A stretch of 64,000 nucleotides of DNA from an uncultured Victivallales bacterium (lineage in GTDB: Bacteria; Verrucomicrobiota; Lentisphaeria; Victivallales; UBA1829): the NCBI GenBank assembly GCA_944391115.1, contig CALXSJ010000001.1:3169-67168 (forward strand), in the 5' to 3' direction. This document shows positions 55,907 through 64,000 of the stretch, one piece after another. The notes under the pieces were generated by a model. The model ran no database searches and was not told the origin of the DNA. It saw nothing but the letters and a program-made list of their open reading frames with translations. The position numbers were made by a program, and so were the translations under genes. Position 1 is the first letter of the stretch. The number at the start of each line of letters is the position of its first letter.

Positions 55907-57307
55907 ATGCTGGATAAGATTACTGAAGCCGTTTCGTGCGCAATGGTTCCGTGCCTCGACAAGGATTTCGTACCTGCGACTCTTTGGGACAGAGAGTTCC
56001 GCAAAGCGGTCAGGGCGTCCGGAAAAAGCAAGGATATCGTCATCGCCGTGGAGCGCAATCCGGAAAGTGTCAGCGTCTATCCGACTGTGGTGTTCGACAA
56101 TGCGGATGCCTCCGAAATGGCGGCGAACGTCCGGCATGTGGAGCGTCTGGTGAAGGGACTGCTCTGGATGCGCGGCGGCTGGAAGGTTACCATTGCAGGC
56201 GATGAGAAAATCGCTGCCGAACTGGAAAAAATTTATTCCCCCGACGGTGAGCGGTCGTTCGACTATGCCATGATGGGAAGAATTTACAGCAATCGCATGC
56301 AGATCGTTTCCTGCGCTTATGCGGACGCCCCGAAAGCCAAGGAGCCGTCGATGCCGCTCGGAAGGCATCTGGACGGCTGCCGGATCGGTTTCGACCTCGG
56401 CGGTTCCGACAGAAAGTGCGCGGCAACCATCGACGGCAAACTTGTGTTCAGCGAGGAAGTTCCGTGGGATCCCTATTTCCAGAAAGATCCGCAGTATCAT
56501 CGCGACGGCATCAACGACACGCTCCGGCGTGCGGCCGCGCATCTGCCCCGCGTCGACGCGATCGGCGGCAGTTCCGCCGGCGTTTACGTGAACAACCGTG
56601 TGCGTCTTGCCTCCTTGTTCCGCGGCGTGCCCGAGGATCAGTTTGAGTCCAAGGTCAAGGACCTGTTCATCGAACTCGGCAGGGAATGGGGCGTTCCGTT
56701 TGAAGTCGTCAATGACGGCGAGGTTACGGCGCTTGCCGGATCCATGGAAATGAACGCCAACTGCGTGCTCGGCATTTCGATGGGCACAAGCGTTGCCGGC
56801 GGTTACGTCAACCGCGAAGGCAATATCACCGACTGGCTGAACGAACTGGCGTTTGTTCCGGTGGACTACCGGGCGGGCGCGCCGGCCGATGAATGGTCCG
56901 GCGATCTCGGATGCGCCGTGCAGTATTTCTGCCAGCAGGGGGTGGCGCGGCTCGTTCCTCTGGCGGGCATTGAACTGCCGAAGGATATGAAGTTCGCCGA
57001 ACAGCTCAAAGAGGTGCAGAAGCTCATGGAGGCCGGCGACGGGCGCGCGGCGAAAATCTATGAGAGCATCGGCGTCTGCTTCGGTTATACGATTGCGAGA
57101 TACTGTGAATTCTACGATATGGAGAAACTCCTGATTCTCGGCCGTGTCACGACCGGAAAAGGCGGCGACATTATTCTTGCGAAAGCGGCGGAGGTGCTCA
57201 AAGTCGAATTTCCGGAACTTGCCGGAAAGGTGGAGTTCCGGATCCCGGATGAGAAAGGCCGCCGTCACGGACAGGCTGTCGCCGCGGCGAGTCTGCCTGT
57301 GATTTAA
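55907..57307 (+). CDS. ROK-family sugar kinase-like protein with an N-terminal extra domain
   Basis: IGFDLGGS, VNDGEVTALAG, GISMGTSVAGG; RBS AAGGAG; no obvious HTH. Confidence 0.8.
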   Translation: MLDKITEAVSCAMVPCLDKDFVPATLWDREFRKAVRASGKSKDIVIAVERNPESVSVYPTVVFDNADASEMAANVRHVERLVKGLLWMRGGWKVTIAGDEKIAAELEKIYSPDGERSFDYAMMGRIYSNRMQIVSCAYADAPKAKEPSMPLGRHLDGCRIGFDLGGSDRKCAATIDGKLVFSEEVPWDPYFQKDPQYHRDGINDTLRRAAAHLPRVDAIGGSSAGVYVNNRVRLASLFRGVPEDQFESKVKDLFIELGREWGVPFEVVNDGEVTALAGSMEMNANCVLGISMGTSVAGGYVNREGNITDWLNELAFVPVDYRAGAPADEWSGDLGCAVQYFCQQGVARLVPLAGIELPKDMKFAEQLKEVQKLMEAGDGRAAKIYESIGVCFGYTIARYCEFYDMEKLLILGRVTTGKGGDIILAKAAEVLKVEFPELAGKVEFRIPDEKGRRHGQAVAAASLPVI

Positions 57308-57327
57308 GTCGGATAACGGAGTTGTTT

Positions 57328-58233
57328 ATGAAGCCAGCATTGCTCGTGCTAGCCGCCGGAATGGGAAGCCGTTACGGCGGACTCAAGCAAATTGATCCTG
57401 TCGGCCCCTCCGGGGAAATCATTCTGGACTATTCCATTTACGATGCGCTCAGAAGTGGATTCGGCAAGGTGGTTTTCGTCATCCGCCGCGATATTGAGCA
57501 GGCGTTCCGCGAACATATCGGCGCAAAATGGGAGAATAAGCTTCAGGTCGAATACGCATTTCAGGAACTGGACAAACTGCCTCCGCCGTTCCGTGTGCCG
57601 GAAGGACGTGTCAAGCCGTGGGGCACCGGTCATGCGATCCTCTGCGCAAAAGAGAAAATTTCCGAACCGTTCGCCGCGATCAATGCGGACGATTTCTACG
57701 GGCGGAGCGGTTACGCGCTTCTTGCGGAAAGTTTTCAGAACAATGCAAATCCGGCCAGGCGGCATTTCATGGTCGGGTTCACGCTGCGGAACACTCTCTC
57801 GGAAAACGGGTCAGTTGCGCGCGGCGTATGCCGCTGCGATTCCGAAGGGTTCCTCACGGAAGTCACGGAACGCACCAATATCGTGCCGGACGGCAAAGGC
57901 GGCGCAGTGTTCACCGGGGAAAACGGTGCCGTTGTTCCGCTGACAGGCGATGAAACCGTCTCCATGAACATGTGGGGATTCATGCCCGGCATTTTCGATC
58001 ATTTGACCGGATTGTTTGAACAGTTCCTTTCCGAACGCGGAACGGAATTGAAATCCGAATTCTACATTCCTTCGGCGGTTGCATCGCTGATCCGTTCCGG
58101 CAATGCCGAGATCAAAGTCATGAAGAGCGGCGATTCGTGGTTCGGCGTGACATACCGCGAAGACAAACCTCTGGTTCAGGCGTCGATTGCACGCCTTGTC
58201 CGGGATCAAATTTATCCCTCGCCCCTGGAGTAA
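57328..58233 (+). CDS. Sugar-1-phosphate nucleotidyltransferase
   Basis: LVLAAGMGSRYGGLKQ, KPWGTGHA, INADDFYG. Confidence 0.9.
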   Translation: MKPALLVLAAGMGSRYGGLKQIDPVGPSGEIILDYSIYDALRSGFGKVVFVIRRDIEQAFREHIGAKWENKLQVEYAFQELDKLPPPFRVPEGRVKPWGTGHAILCAKEKISEPFAAINADDFYGRSGYALLAESFQNNANPARRHFMVGFTLRNTLSENGSVARGVCRCDSEGFLTEVTERTNIVPDGKGGAVFTGENGAVVPLTGDETVSMNMWGFMPGIFDHLTGLFEQFLSERGTELKSEFYIPSAVASLIRSGNAEIKVMKSGDSWFGVTYREDKPLVQASIARLVRDQIYPSPLE

Positions 58234-58241
58234 GCGCATTT

Positions 58242-59336
58242 ATGGAAAACACAGTGAAAGAAGTCGCCGCCCGTTTCCGGCTGGAAGGCGATTTCATCAA
58301 AGCCGAGCCGTTCGGAAGCGGCCATATCAACGATACCTACAAAGTGGTCTATGCGCTGGACGGCAGAAATACCAAATACATTTTCCAGAAAATCAACACA
58401 AAGGTTTTCCGCCGTCCGGATCATCTTATGGAGAATGTCTCAAGGGTTCTGGCTCATTCCGTGAAAAAACTTGCCTCCTTTCCGGATGCCGACCGTCGCT
58501 GCATTCATCTGATTCCGGTCCGGGAGGGAAAAATGTATTACCTGGACGGCGAAGAATGCTGGCGCGCCTACAAATTTGTCGATCATGCCCGCACCTACAA
58601 CATTCTTGAGACGGAGGAGCAGGCATACCAGGCGGCAAAGGCGTTCGGCAATTTTCAGATGCTGCTGTCGGATCTTCCCGGAGAGCGTCTGTATGAGACC
58701 ATTCCGAATTTTCATAACACGCCGTCCCGCATGTTCGATTTTGACGAGGCGGTTCGGAAAGATGTCCGCGGACGTGCCGCCGCGGCAAAAAATGAAATCC
58801 GTTTCGTGCAGGAACACCGCTGGATGGCGCCTGTACTGCTCGACCTTCTGGCAAAAGGGGAAATTCCCGAGCGGATTACGCACAATGACACAAAGCTCAA
58901 CAATGTCCTGCTGGACGATGAAACAGGAGAGGGAATCTGCGTGCTTGACCTCGATACCGTCATGCCGGGGCTTTCGCTCTATGATTTCGGCGATCTTGTC
59001 CGCAGCAGTGTCAGTCCCGCCGCCGAGGACGAGACTGATCTTTCCAAAGTGTGCGTCAGAATCGAAATTTTCCGTGCGCTGGTCAAGGGATTTCTGGAAG
59101 GAGCGCATGGATGTCTGACGAAAAAGGAAATCGAGCTTCTGCCCTTTTCCGGAGAACTCATCACCTTTGAAATCGGCGTGCGTTTCCTGACCGATTATCT
59201 CAACGGCGACAATTATTTCAAAATCAGCCGGGACAATCATAACCTGGACCGCTGCCGCACGCAGTTCATGCTCGTGAAACGCCTGATCGAGCAGGAGAAA
59301 AAACTCAAGAAGATTGTAAAGGAATTCATGCCATGA
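58242..59336 (+). CDS. APH-fold anomeric sugar kinase (N-acetylhexosamine 1-kinase-like)
   Basis: GSGHINDTY, QKINTKVF, THNDTKLNN, VLDLDTVMPG, YDFGD, RFLTDYLNGD. Confidence 0.82.
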   Translation: MENTVKEVAARFRLEGDFIKAEPFGSGHINDTYKVVYALDGRNTKYIFQKINTKVFRRPDHLMENVSRVLAHSVKKLASFPDADRRCIHLIPVREGKMYYLDGEECWRAYKFVDHARTYNILETEEQAYQAAKAFGNFQMLLSDLPGERLYETIPNFHNTPSRMFDFDEAVRKDVRGRAAAAKNEIRFVQEHRWMAPVLLDLLAKGEIPERITHNDTKLNNVLLDDETGEGICVLDLDTVMPGLSLYDFGDLVRSSVSPAAEDETDLSKVCVRIEIFRALVKGFLEGAHGCLTKKEIELLPFSGELITFEIGVRFLTDYLNGDNYFKISRDNHNLDRCRTQFMLVKRLIEQEKKLKKIVKEFMP

Positions 59337-60244
59337 AGCGCATTCTCGTCACCGGCGGCTCCGGTTTCATCGGAAGCCACATTGTCGAACATTATCAGGG
59401 CAGGGCGGAAATCCGCGTCCTGGACAATCTCCGGACCGGAAGACGTGAAAATCTCAACGGTCTGGCGTGTGAATTCATCGAAGGCGATGTCAGCGACCGC
59501 GCAACGGTTGCGAGAGCCGTGGAAGGCGTGGATTATATTTTTCATCTGGCCGCGCTGGTCAGCGTTCCGGAATCCATGGAGAAAATCGTCGAATGCAACA
59601 GGATCAATTCCGTCGGAACGATTGTCCTGCTGGAGGAGGCGGCGAGAGCGGGGGTCAAAAAACTGATTCTGAGTACTTCCGCCGCGAATTACGGAGACAA
59701 TCCCGTTTCTCCGAAGGTTGAAACGATGACCCCCGAGCCCAAGAGCCCTTATGCCATTACAAAACTTGACGGGGAGTACTACTGCGACATGTTCAGCCGG
59801 ACCGGACGGCTTCAGACTGCCTGTCTGCGCTATTTCAACGTGTTCGGTCCTCGGCAGAATCCGAAGAGCGCCTATGCCGCCGCCGTTCCGATTTTCATCA
59901 CAAAAGCGCTTGCCGGCGAGGATATTACAATTTTCGGTGATGGCGAACAAACCCGCGATTTTGTGTTTGTGAAGGACATTGCCGCCGCCAATGCTTTCAT
60001 GGCTGAACATGATTTTTCCGGCGTCTACAATGTCGCCTACGGGGGCAGGATGACAATCAACCATCTGGCGGAACTGATTGTGGAAATTCTCGGATCGAAA
60101 TCGAAGATTGTTCATCTGCCGGAACGTCCTGGAGACGTGAAACATTCCACTGCCTGTGTCGACAAGCTGCTTGCCACCGGATTCCGTCCCTCGTGGGACT
60201 TCAAACGTGGTCTGGAAGTTACAGTGCAGAGCTACCGGCACTGA
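59333..60244 (+). CDS. NAD-dependent UDP-sugar 4-epimerase (WbpP/GalE-like SDR)
   Basis: GGSGFIG, YAITK, RYFNVFGPRQNPKSAYAA, QTRDF, RPGDVKHS. Confidence 0.92.
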   Translation: MKRILVTGGSGFIGSHIVEHYQGRAEIRVLDNLRTGRRENLNGLACEFIEGDVSDRATVARAVEGVDYIFHLAALVSVPESMEKIVECNRINSVGTIVLLEEAARAGVKKLILSTSAANYGDNPVSPKVETMTPEPKSPYAITKLDGEYYCDMFSRTGRLQTACLRYFNVFGPRQNPKSAYAAAVPIFITKALAGEDITIFGDGEQTRDFVFVKDIAAANAFMAEHDFSGVYNVAYGGRMTINHLAELIVEILGSKSKIVHLPERPGDVKHSTACVDKLLATGFRPSWDFKRGLEVTVQSYRH

Positions 60245-60261
60245 TCCTTCTTTTGGAAATC

Positions 60262-60295
60262 CTGTTTTTCCGGCGATGCAATGCCGGAAAAACAG
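60262..60295. terminator. Intrinsic terminator after the epimerase operon
   Basis: CTGTTTTTCCGGC-N8-GCCGGAAAAACAG perfect 13-bp stem. Confidence 0.75.
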
Positions 60296-60797
60296 AATTC
60301 CTTATTGTTACTTGATCGGATCATATCATTTTCAATCTTTGTTTTTGAACCTGCGCCATCAAGCCCGACAGGCAAATCACTCTTTGTAGCCTGAATGATT
60401 TTTACGGTTCCGGAAAGTCCGCTCTGGTTCGGAAAAATGCTGCTTGCTTCCCTTGTTGATCTTTTCTGCCAATATTTTGCGATTTTCTCATACTGTTTCT
60501 GTGCAGTCTTCATGCTGGCGTTGGCATCAATACAGAAAAAGTCAAACGTGAGAACAGAATTAAAAAAATGGGCAGGCTGAAACAGTATCTTCCAATGGAG
60601 TCTGGCGCAGAGAGGGATATGGCGGCCATCTCGGCGTCAAACCGATTGTTCTGGCGAACCCCCGATCCGGACACCCGGAAACGGATACGGCGGCGAAGAT
60701 GAGAGTTCGCCTCCGGCGACCGGCATTTTATCACTGGAGCGTGAAAAGGGACAAGGGTTCTTGAACCCGCGGAAAATGCTTCCGCAAATTTCCATTT

Positions 60798-62525
60798 TCA
60801 GCACAGGAAGAATGGCGTCGAAACGGCAATTTTTCCTGGGTCGTCTCCTTCGATTTCCACGCGAAGGAATGTATCCGGAACAATGTCGCGCAGCGAGAGA
60901 TCGCAGTCCATGCGTTTCCTGTCCGGTGCGAGTGCAAGCACGACCTGTGCTCCGGAATAGACTCGGACGCTGCGGATGACTCCTTCCGTGATTTCCGCGG
61001 CGATGTGCAACGTTCCGGCGGCTTCATCCCGTGTGATTTCATCGCCGGGCAGACGCCCTGAAAGCGTAATGTCCGCTTCCTGGAACCATGCGGCGGCGAT
61101 GGTATGGTGGGCACGAATGGCGCTCACGACGCTGTCCCTGCATGGTATCTCTCCTTCACGCAGATAGAGGAAATTGACCGCGGGATTGTCAAACATCCGG
61201 CGGATGCCGAAAAGATCCACGGAGTTCATAACCGCGATTCTCCGCCCTGAAAGCCAGTATCGTTCGATGTCCGATCCGGCAAGCGAAGTCAGCTTTTCCT
61301 GATCGACGGCGTCAAAGTCATAGTCGAACCAGTAATCGACATGGCTCGGATGAGTCGCACAGACCGCGCCGTGATGGGCATGGACATAAGAAACGGCTTT
61401 TTTCAGATAGGCGTCGATTTCCGCGTCGGAATAAAGGCTTCGTGTGAATTCCTGTGTATAGGCTTCCGGATCAATTCCGATGGCGAGCATATGATAGTTG
61501 TTGTGCCCGATCTTATGGTTTCTGTCCCCCCAGTTGAACGGGTGATACTCCTGTCCGTTGAGGAAGAGGACGCGGTTGTCGGAATAGTCGACAGGCTGGC
61601 GTTTGCCCTCATAGGGGGTGATGTCCTTCATCGCCAGTGCGCAGATGTCAAAATTCATATAACGCATCAGGGCGCGGATTGTGCCGACGAAGGTATCGCA
61701 GCCATACCAGTCGAGGGAGTGCATGTGAATGGCGAGTTTGTAGTTTTTCTTCCGCACCGGAGCTGCGGGCGCAGGCATGGCAGGAGCTGCCGCGCTTTGT
61801 TGAAAACGTTCGCAATAAGCCAGCAGATTGCGGATGTATTTTTTCCAGAAGAGCAGACAGCGGTCGTGCTCCGGTATTTTCTCCTCCGGAAAGAGGATCT
61901 GACTGAGAAAATACATGCCTTTCCCGTATTTCCCCTGGAGGATCAGAGCCCCGGAGCGGACGGCGGGATCCATGTAAGAGCCGAGAACCTGCCACTCCGA
62001 ACCGGGCAGAAAACAGGAGAGCGCCGCCGTCCGGACGGTTTCAGCAGGACGCGTTCCCGGCGGCTCCACGGTCGAAAAACTGTTGACTGGAATCCGCCAG
62101 TCCAGCATTTCTTCCGGAGCGATTGGTTCCGGGAACTGAAAAAGGCTGTTCCCCTCGTTTTCCGGATACGGCATCATATAGTTGTAATAGACGGACTTAT
62201 CCGTTCTGCCGCGGATTGTCGGAACATAGCGGTGAATCAGCTGGACATAACCGAGTTCCGGCGGCAGGAAGCAGGGGGCCCAGCGCCGGTAGTCCTGATG
62301 CAGAAAAAGGACGATTCCCCCGCGCCTGACCCAGTCGCGGATGTAGAGTTCATCATTTTCGATATAATCGTTGAAGCTGTTCTGCTCGATCAGCGCCACA
62401 TCGTATTTTTCGAGATATCCGGGCTTAGAATAGTCGATCCGTTCGCTTTCGATTCCTTCTCCGCGCAGAAATTCCGTGAAGCGGCAAGGCGCTTGAAACC
62501 AGTGCTGAAAATATCCGATCCGCAT
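60798..62525 (-). CDS. PHP/CehA-McbA-like metallohydrolase with an N-terminal GATase-like domain
   Basis: IHMHS, GQEYH, YHML, ATHP; C-terminal FLRVEIE...IAVSTPFF. Confidence 0.65.
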   Translation of the reverse strand: MRIGYFQHWFQAPCRFTEFLRGEGIESERIDYSKPGYLEKYDVALIEQNSFNDYIENDELYIRDWVRRGGIVLFLHQDYRRWAPCFLPPELGYVQLIHRYVPTIRGRTDKSVYYNYMMPYPENEGNSLFQFPEPIAPEEMLDWRIPVNSFSTVEPPGTRPAETVRTAALSCFLPGSEWQVLGSYMDPAVRSGALILQGKYGKGMYFLSQILFPEEKIPEHDRCLLFWKKYIRNLLAYCERFQQSAAAPAMPAPAAPVRKKNYKLAIHMHSLDWYGCDTFVGTIRALMRYMNFDICALAMKDITPYEGKRQPVDYSDNRVLFLNGQEYHPFNWGDRNHKIGHNNYHMLAIGIDPEAYTQEFTRSLYSDAEIDAYLKKAVSYVHAHHGAVCATHPSHVDYWFDYDFDAVDQEKLTSLAGSDIERYWLSGRRIAVMNSVDLFGIRRMFDNPAVNFLYLREGEIPCRDSVVSAIRAHHTIAAAWFQEADITLSGRLPGDEITRDEAAGTLHIAAEITEGVIRSVRVYSGAQVVLALAPDRKRMDCDLSLRDIVPDTFLRVEIEGDDPGKIAVSTPFFLC

Positions 62526-63224
62526 TTGTGCAGTTCTCCTGTTTTCCCGATGCAGTCAGTTTGAAAACGGATTTCGTCAGAATGCATTCCATGATAAGAT
62601 AATCCGGCCGACAGCAAAAAGCAAATGGAAAAAGTGGAACAAGTTGAGCGGAAGGGGGATCTCTTCCTCTGTCCCTCGTGGCCAGCATCTTTTCCGGTGT
62701 GCTGACCGCCGCCTGCAATTTCCTGCAGGAAGATTCCCTCTGAGGTGCCGGGGAAACGGCTCTGCGCGTTCCATGGGGGAATGTTTGCTGCGTCTGCGGG
62801 GTTTCCGGAGGCGGATTGCCGGGGAAACGCGATATGGATTCCGCTTTTCCGCAGCCGGCCTCTGTCATTACCGGGCGGCGTTTGTGCGGGAGCTAGTCAC
62901 TCCGGTTCCCGATCTTCAGCCGAAATCCCGTTCTCCGCCGTTTCTGGAGAATCCATGGGAATCCCATACGCGGCCCGGTGTCCTCCGGTGTCCGGTCTGA
63001 CTATGCGGCAGGTCGGCGCAAGAGAAAATGTTCCGGAATGGATGGAAGAACTCGCACCGGCACAGGGCAGATATCGCAAATGAGCCATAGTGTGCCGCGA
63101 TTCCGGCGGCACGGGACTTGAGGAGCAGAGGGCTGAAGCCGGCGAAAATTCCCGGTGCGTGGAAAACGGCATGGATATATCAGGGCATTTTAACGGCTTC
63201 CGCCAGCAGAAATTTCGGCAGCAG

Positions 63225-63722
63225 TCAATCCCTCTTTGCGGGGAATATCTCCATTGCCTTGCGCGCCACTCTTTCACCAAAGATACGGAACAGCGGTTTG
63301 CTTTCCTCTAACTTTTCTCCGAGCGCAACCGCGCCGAGATGAATGTAAGGCATTCCGCAGGCTCCGCCTCCGGAATACACGAGCATCCCTTTGACCAGCA
63401 TATGCGTCAGAAGTGTCTGGATGGCGATATCCGCGCCGCCCTGCACGAAATTCGCAGTGGCGAATACTGCTCCGAGTTTGCCGGCGAGCGGACAAGGCGC
63501 GGGTTCGTCGAACCATTTTTTCCATTGCCAGCAGGTGCTGGCAAGATATGTCGGCGTCCCGAAGAACACAGCTTTGCTTTCAGAAAGAAAATCTCTGTCG
63601 ATCGCGTCAAGGGGAAACAGGCCGACTTCAATTCCGGAAACGGTGCGCGCGCCTTCGGCAACAGATTCTGCCATTTCACGGGTATGTCCGGTTCGACTGT
63701 AATAAAGAATGGAAATTTTCAT
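63225..63722 (-). CDS. Flavodoxin / WrbA-like NAD(P)H oxidoreductase
   Basis: YYSRTGHTREMA FMN loop, FGTPTY, GKLGAVFAT; RBS AGGAG. Confidence 0.9.
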   Translation of the reverse strand: MKISILYYSRTGHTREMAESVAEGARTVSGIEVGLFPLDAIDRDFLSESKAVFFGTPTYLASTCWQWKKWFDEPAPCPLAGKLGAVFATANFVQGGADIAIQTLLTHMLVKGMLVYSGGGACGMPYIHLGAVALGEKLEESKPLFRIFGERVARKAMEIFPAKRD

Positions 63723-63750
63723 GAGGATTCTCCTGCAGCTGTTTTCACAT

Positions 63751-63779
63751 AGTATAACATACTCCTTGCCAAAAATCAA
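63751..63779 (-). promoter_or_regulatory. Sigma70 promoter of the flavodoxin gene
   Basis: Minus strand TTGATT-N17-TATACT with an extended -10 TGn. Confidence 0.7.
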
Positions 63780-63802
63780 ATGAGTTGCCCCGGTGCAGGG
63801 CA
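63780..63802 (-). repeat. Isolated inverted copy of the element's right end
   Basis: Minus strand TGCCCTGCACCGGGGCAACTCAT vs copy-2 end TGCTCTGCACCGGGGCGGTTCAT (19/23). Confidence 0.7.
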
Positions 63803-63812
63803 AACGGGGTGG

Positions 63813-63969
63813 TTCATTAAAAAAATTGGGTTAATTCCGTGATGCCCTGCATTGCAAAAATAGGGTGTTTCGCGCTTTCCTTTCAGTCCAGTTTTGGTCC
63901 AGCTGCGTAAGCTGGGCGCCGGAAGCGAAATCCCCGATATCTCATGCATCCTGCGTCGGGGCTGTTCAT
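63813..63969 (+). repeat. Dispersed ~150-nt intergenic element, copy 3 (more diverged)
   Basis: TTCAT|TAAAAAAATTGGGTTAATTCC, hairpin GTGATGC-CCT-GCATTGC (63839-55), middle TCCAGCTGCGTAAGCTGGGCGCCGGAAGCGAAATCCCCGAT, ends CGGGGCTGTTCAT. Confidence 0.85.
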
Positions 63970-64000
63970 GTGAAAGGGGGGTTCTGTTCTTTCCAACACC

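Noticed and set aside
58242-59336. Aminoglycoside resistance gene
   Set aside because: APH fold only; motifs and the operon context (nucleotidyltransferase, epimerase) point to a sugar 1-kinase.
60410-60430. RNase P RNA-like GGAAAGTCC
   Set aside because: Isolated short match; the other conserved P4/P15 motifs are not found at suitable distances.
60706-60721. Fourth full copy of the repeat (minus-strand GGTCGCCGGAGGCGAA, 15/16 to copy 1)
   Set aside because: Neither terminal hairpin nor the A7 start is present, and a match this short can arise by chance in GC-rich DNA; kept only as a possible remnant.
62990-63015. Cobalamin riboswitch-like words (AGTCAG, GACCTGCC on the minus strand)
   Set aside because: The two motifs are in the wrong order and the upstream B12-box core is missing.
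63793-63812. c-di-GMP-I riboswitch-like GCAGGGCAAAC
   Set aside because: The downstream P2 and GACGCAAAGC-type motifs are absent; the segment is explained by the repeat end.
19468-63969. CRISPR array interpretation of the repeats
   Set aside because: Copies are ~150 nt and >20 kb apart; no short regularly spaced repeats or cas genes are seen.

Overview
A GC-rich, gene-dense bacterial chromosomal segment. Its gene content (two prepilin-like H-X9-DG/DUF1559-type proteins, AraC/GntR sugar-catabolic modules, sodium:solute symporters, a complete type II secretion cluster) suggests a PVC-superphylum organism, most likely Lentisphaerota/Victivallales-like; this taxonomy is an inference, not a database result. 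Housekeeping genes: nrdJ 3' part, mraY, lipA, FabB-like KAS, Kef-type antiporter, metG, pepF, glnK-amtB with a sigma54 promoter, LpxL-like acyltransferase, rpe, ftsB-like and a flavodoxin. No rRNA, tRNA, CRISPR array, transposase or prophage gene was recognised. Most interesting: (1) three copies of an unannotated ~150-nt intergenic element with the end architecture of a non-autonomous IS200/IS605-like element, possibly a structured RNA; (2) six class III (prepilin) signal peptides that all lack the normally near-invariant Gly(-1); (3) a twice-repeated module of sugar regulator + H-X9-DG pilin-like protein + secreted glycan enzyme, in the same window as the T2SS; (4) a TIGR01212 radical SAM / MnmD-like methyltransferase fusion; (5) an in-frame TGA at codon 3 of an otherwise intact symporter. 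All coordinates and alignments were worked out by hand and no searches were run.
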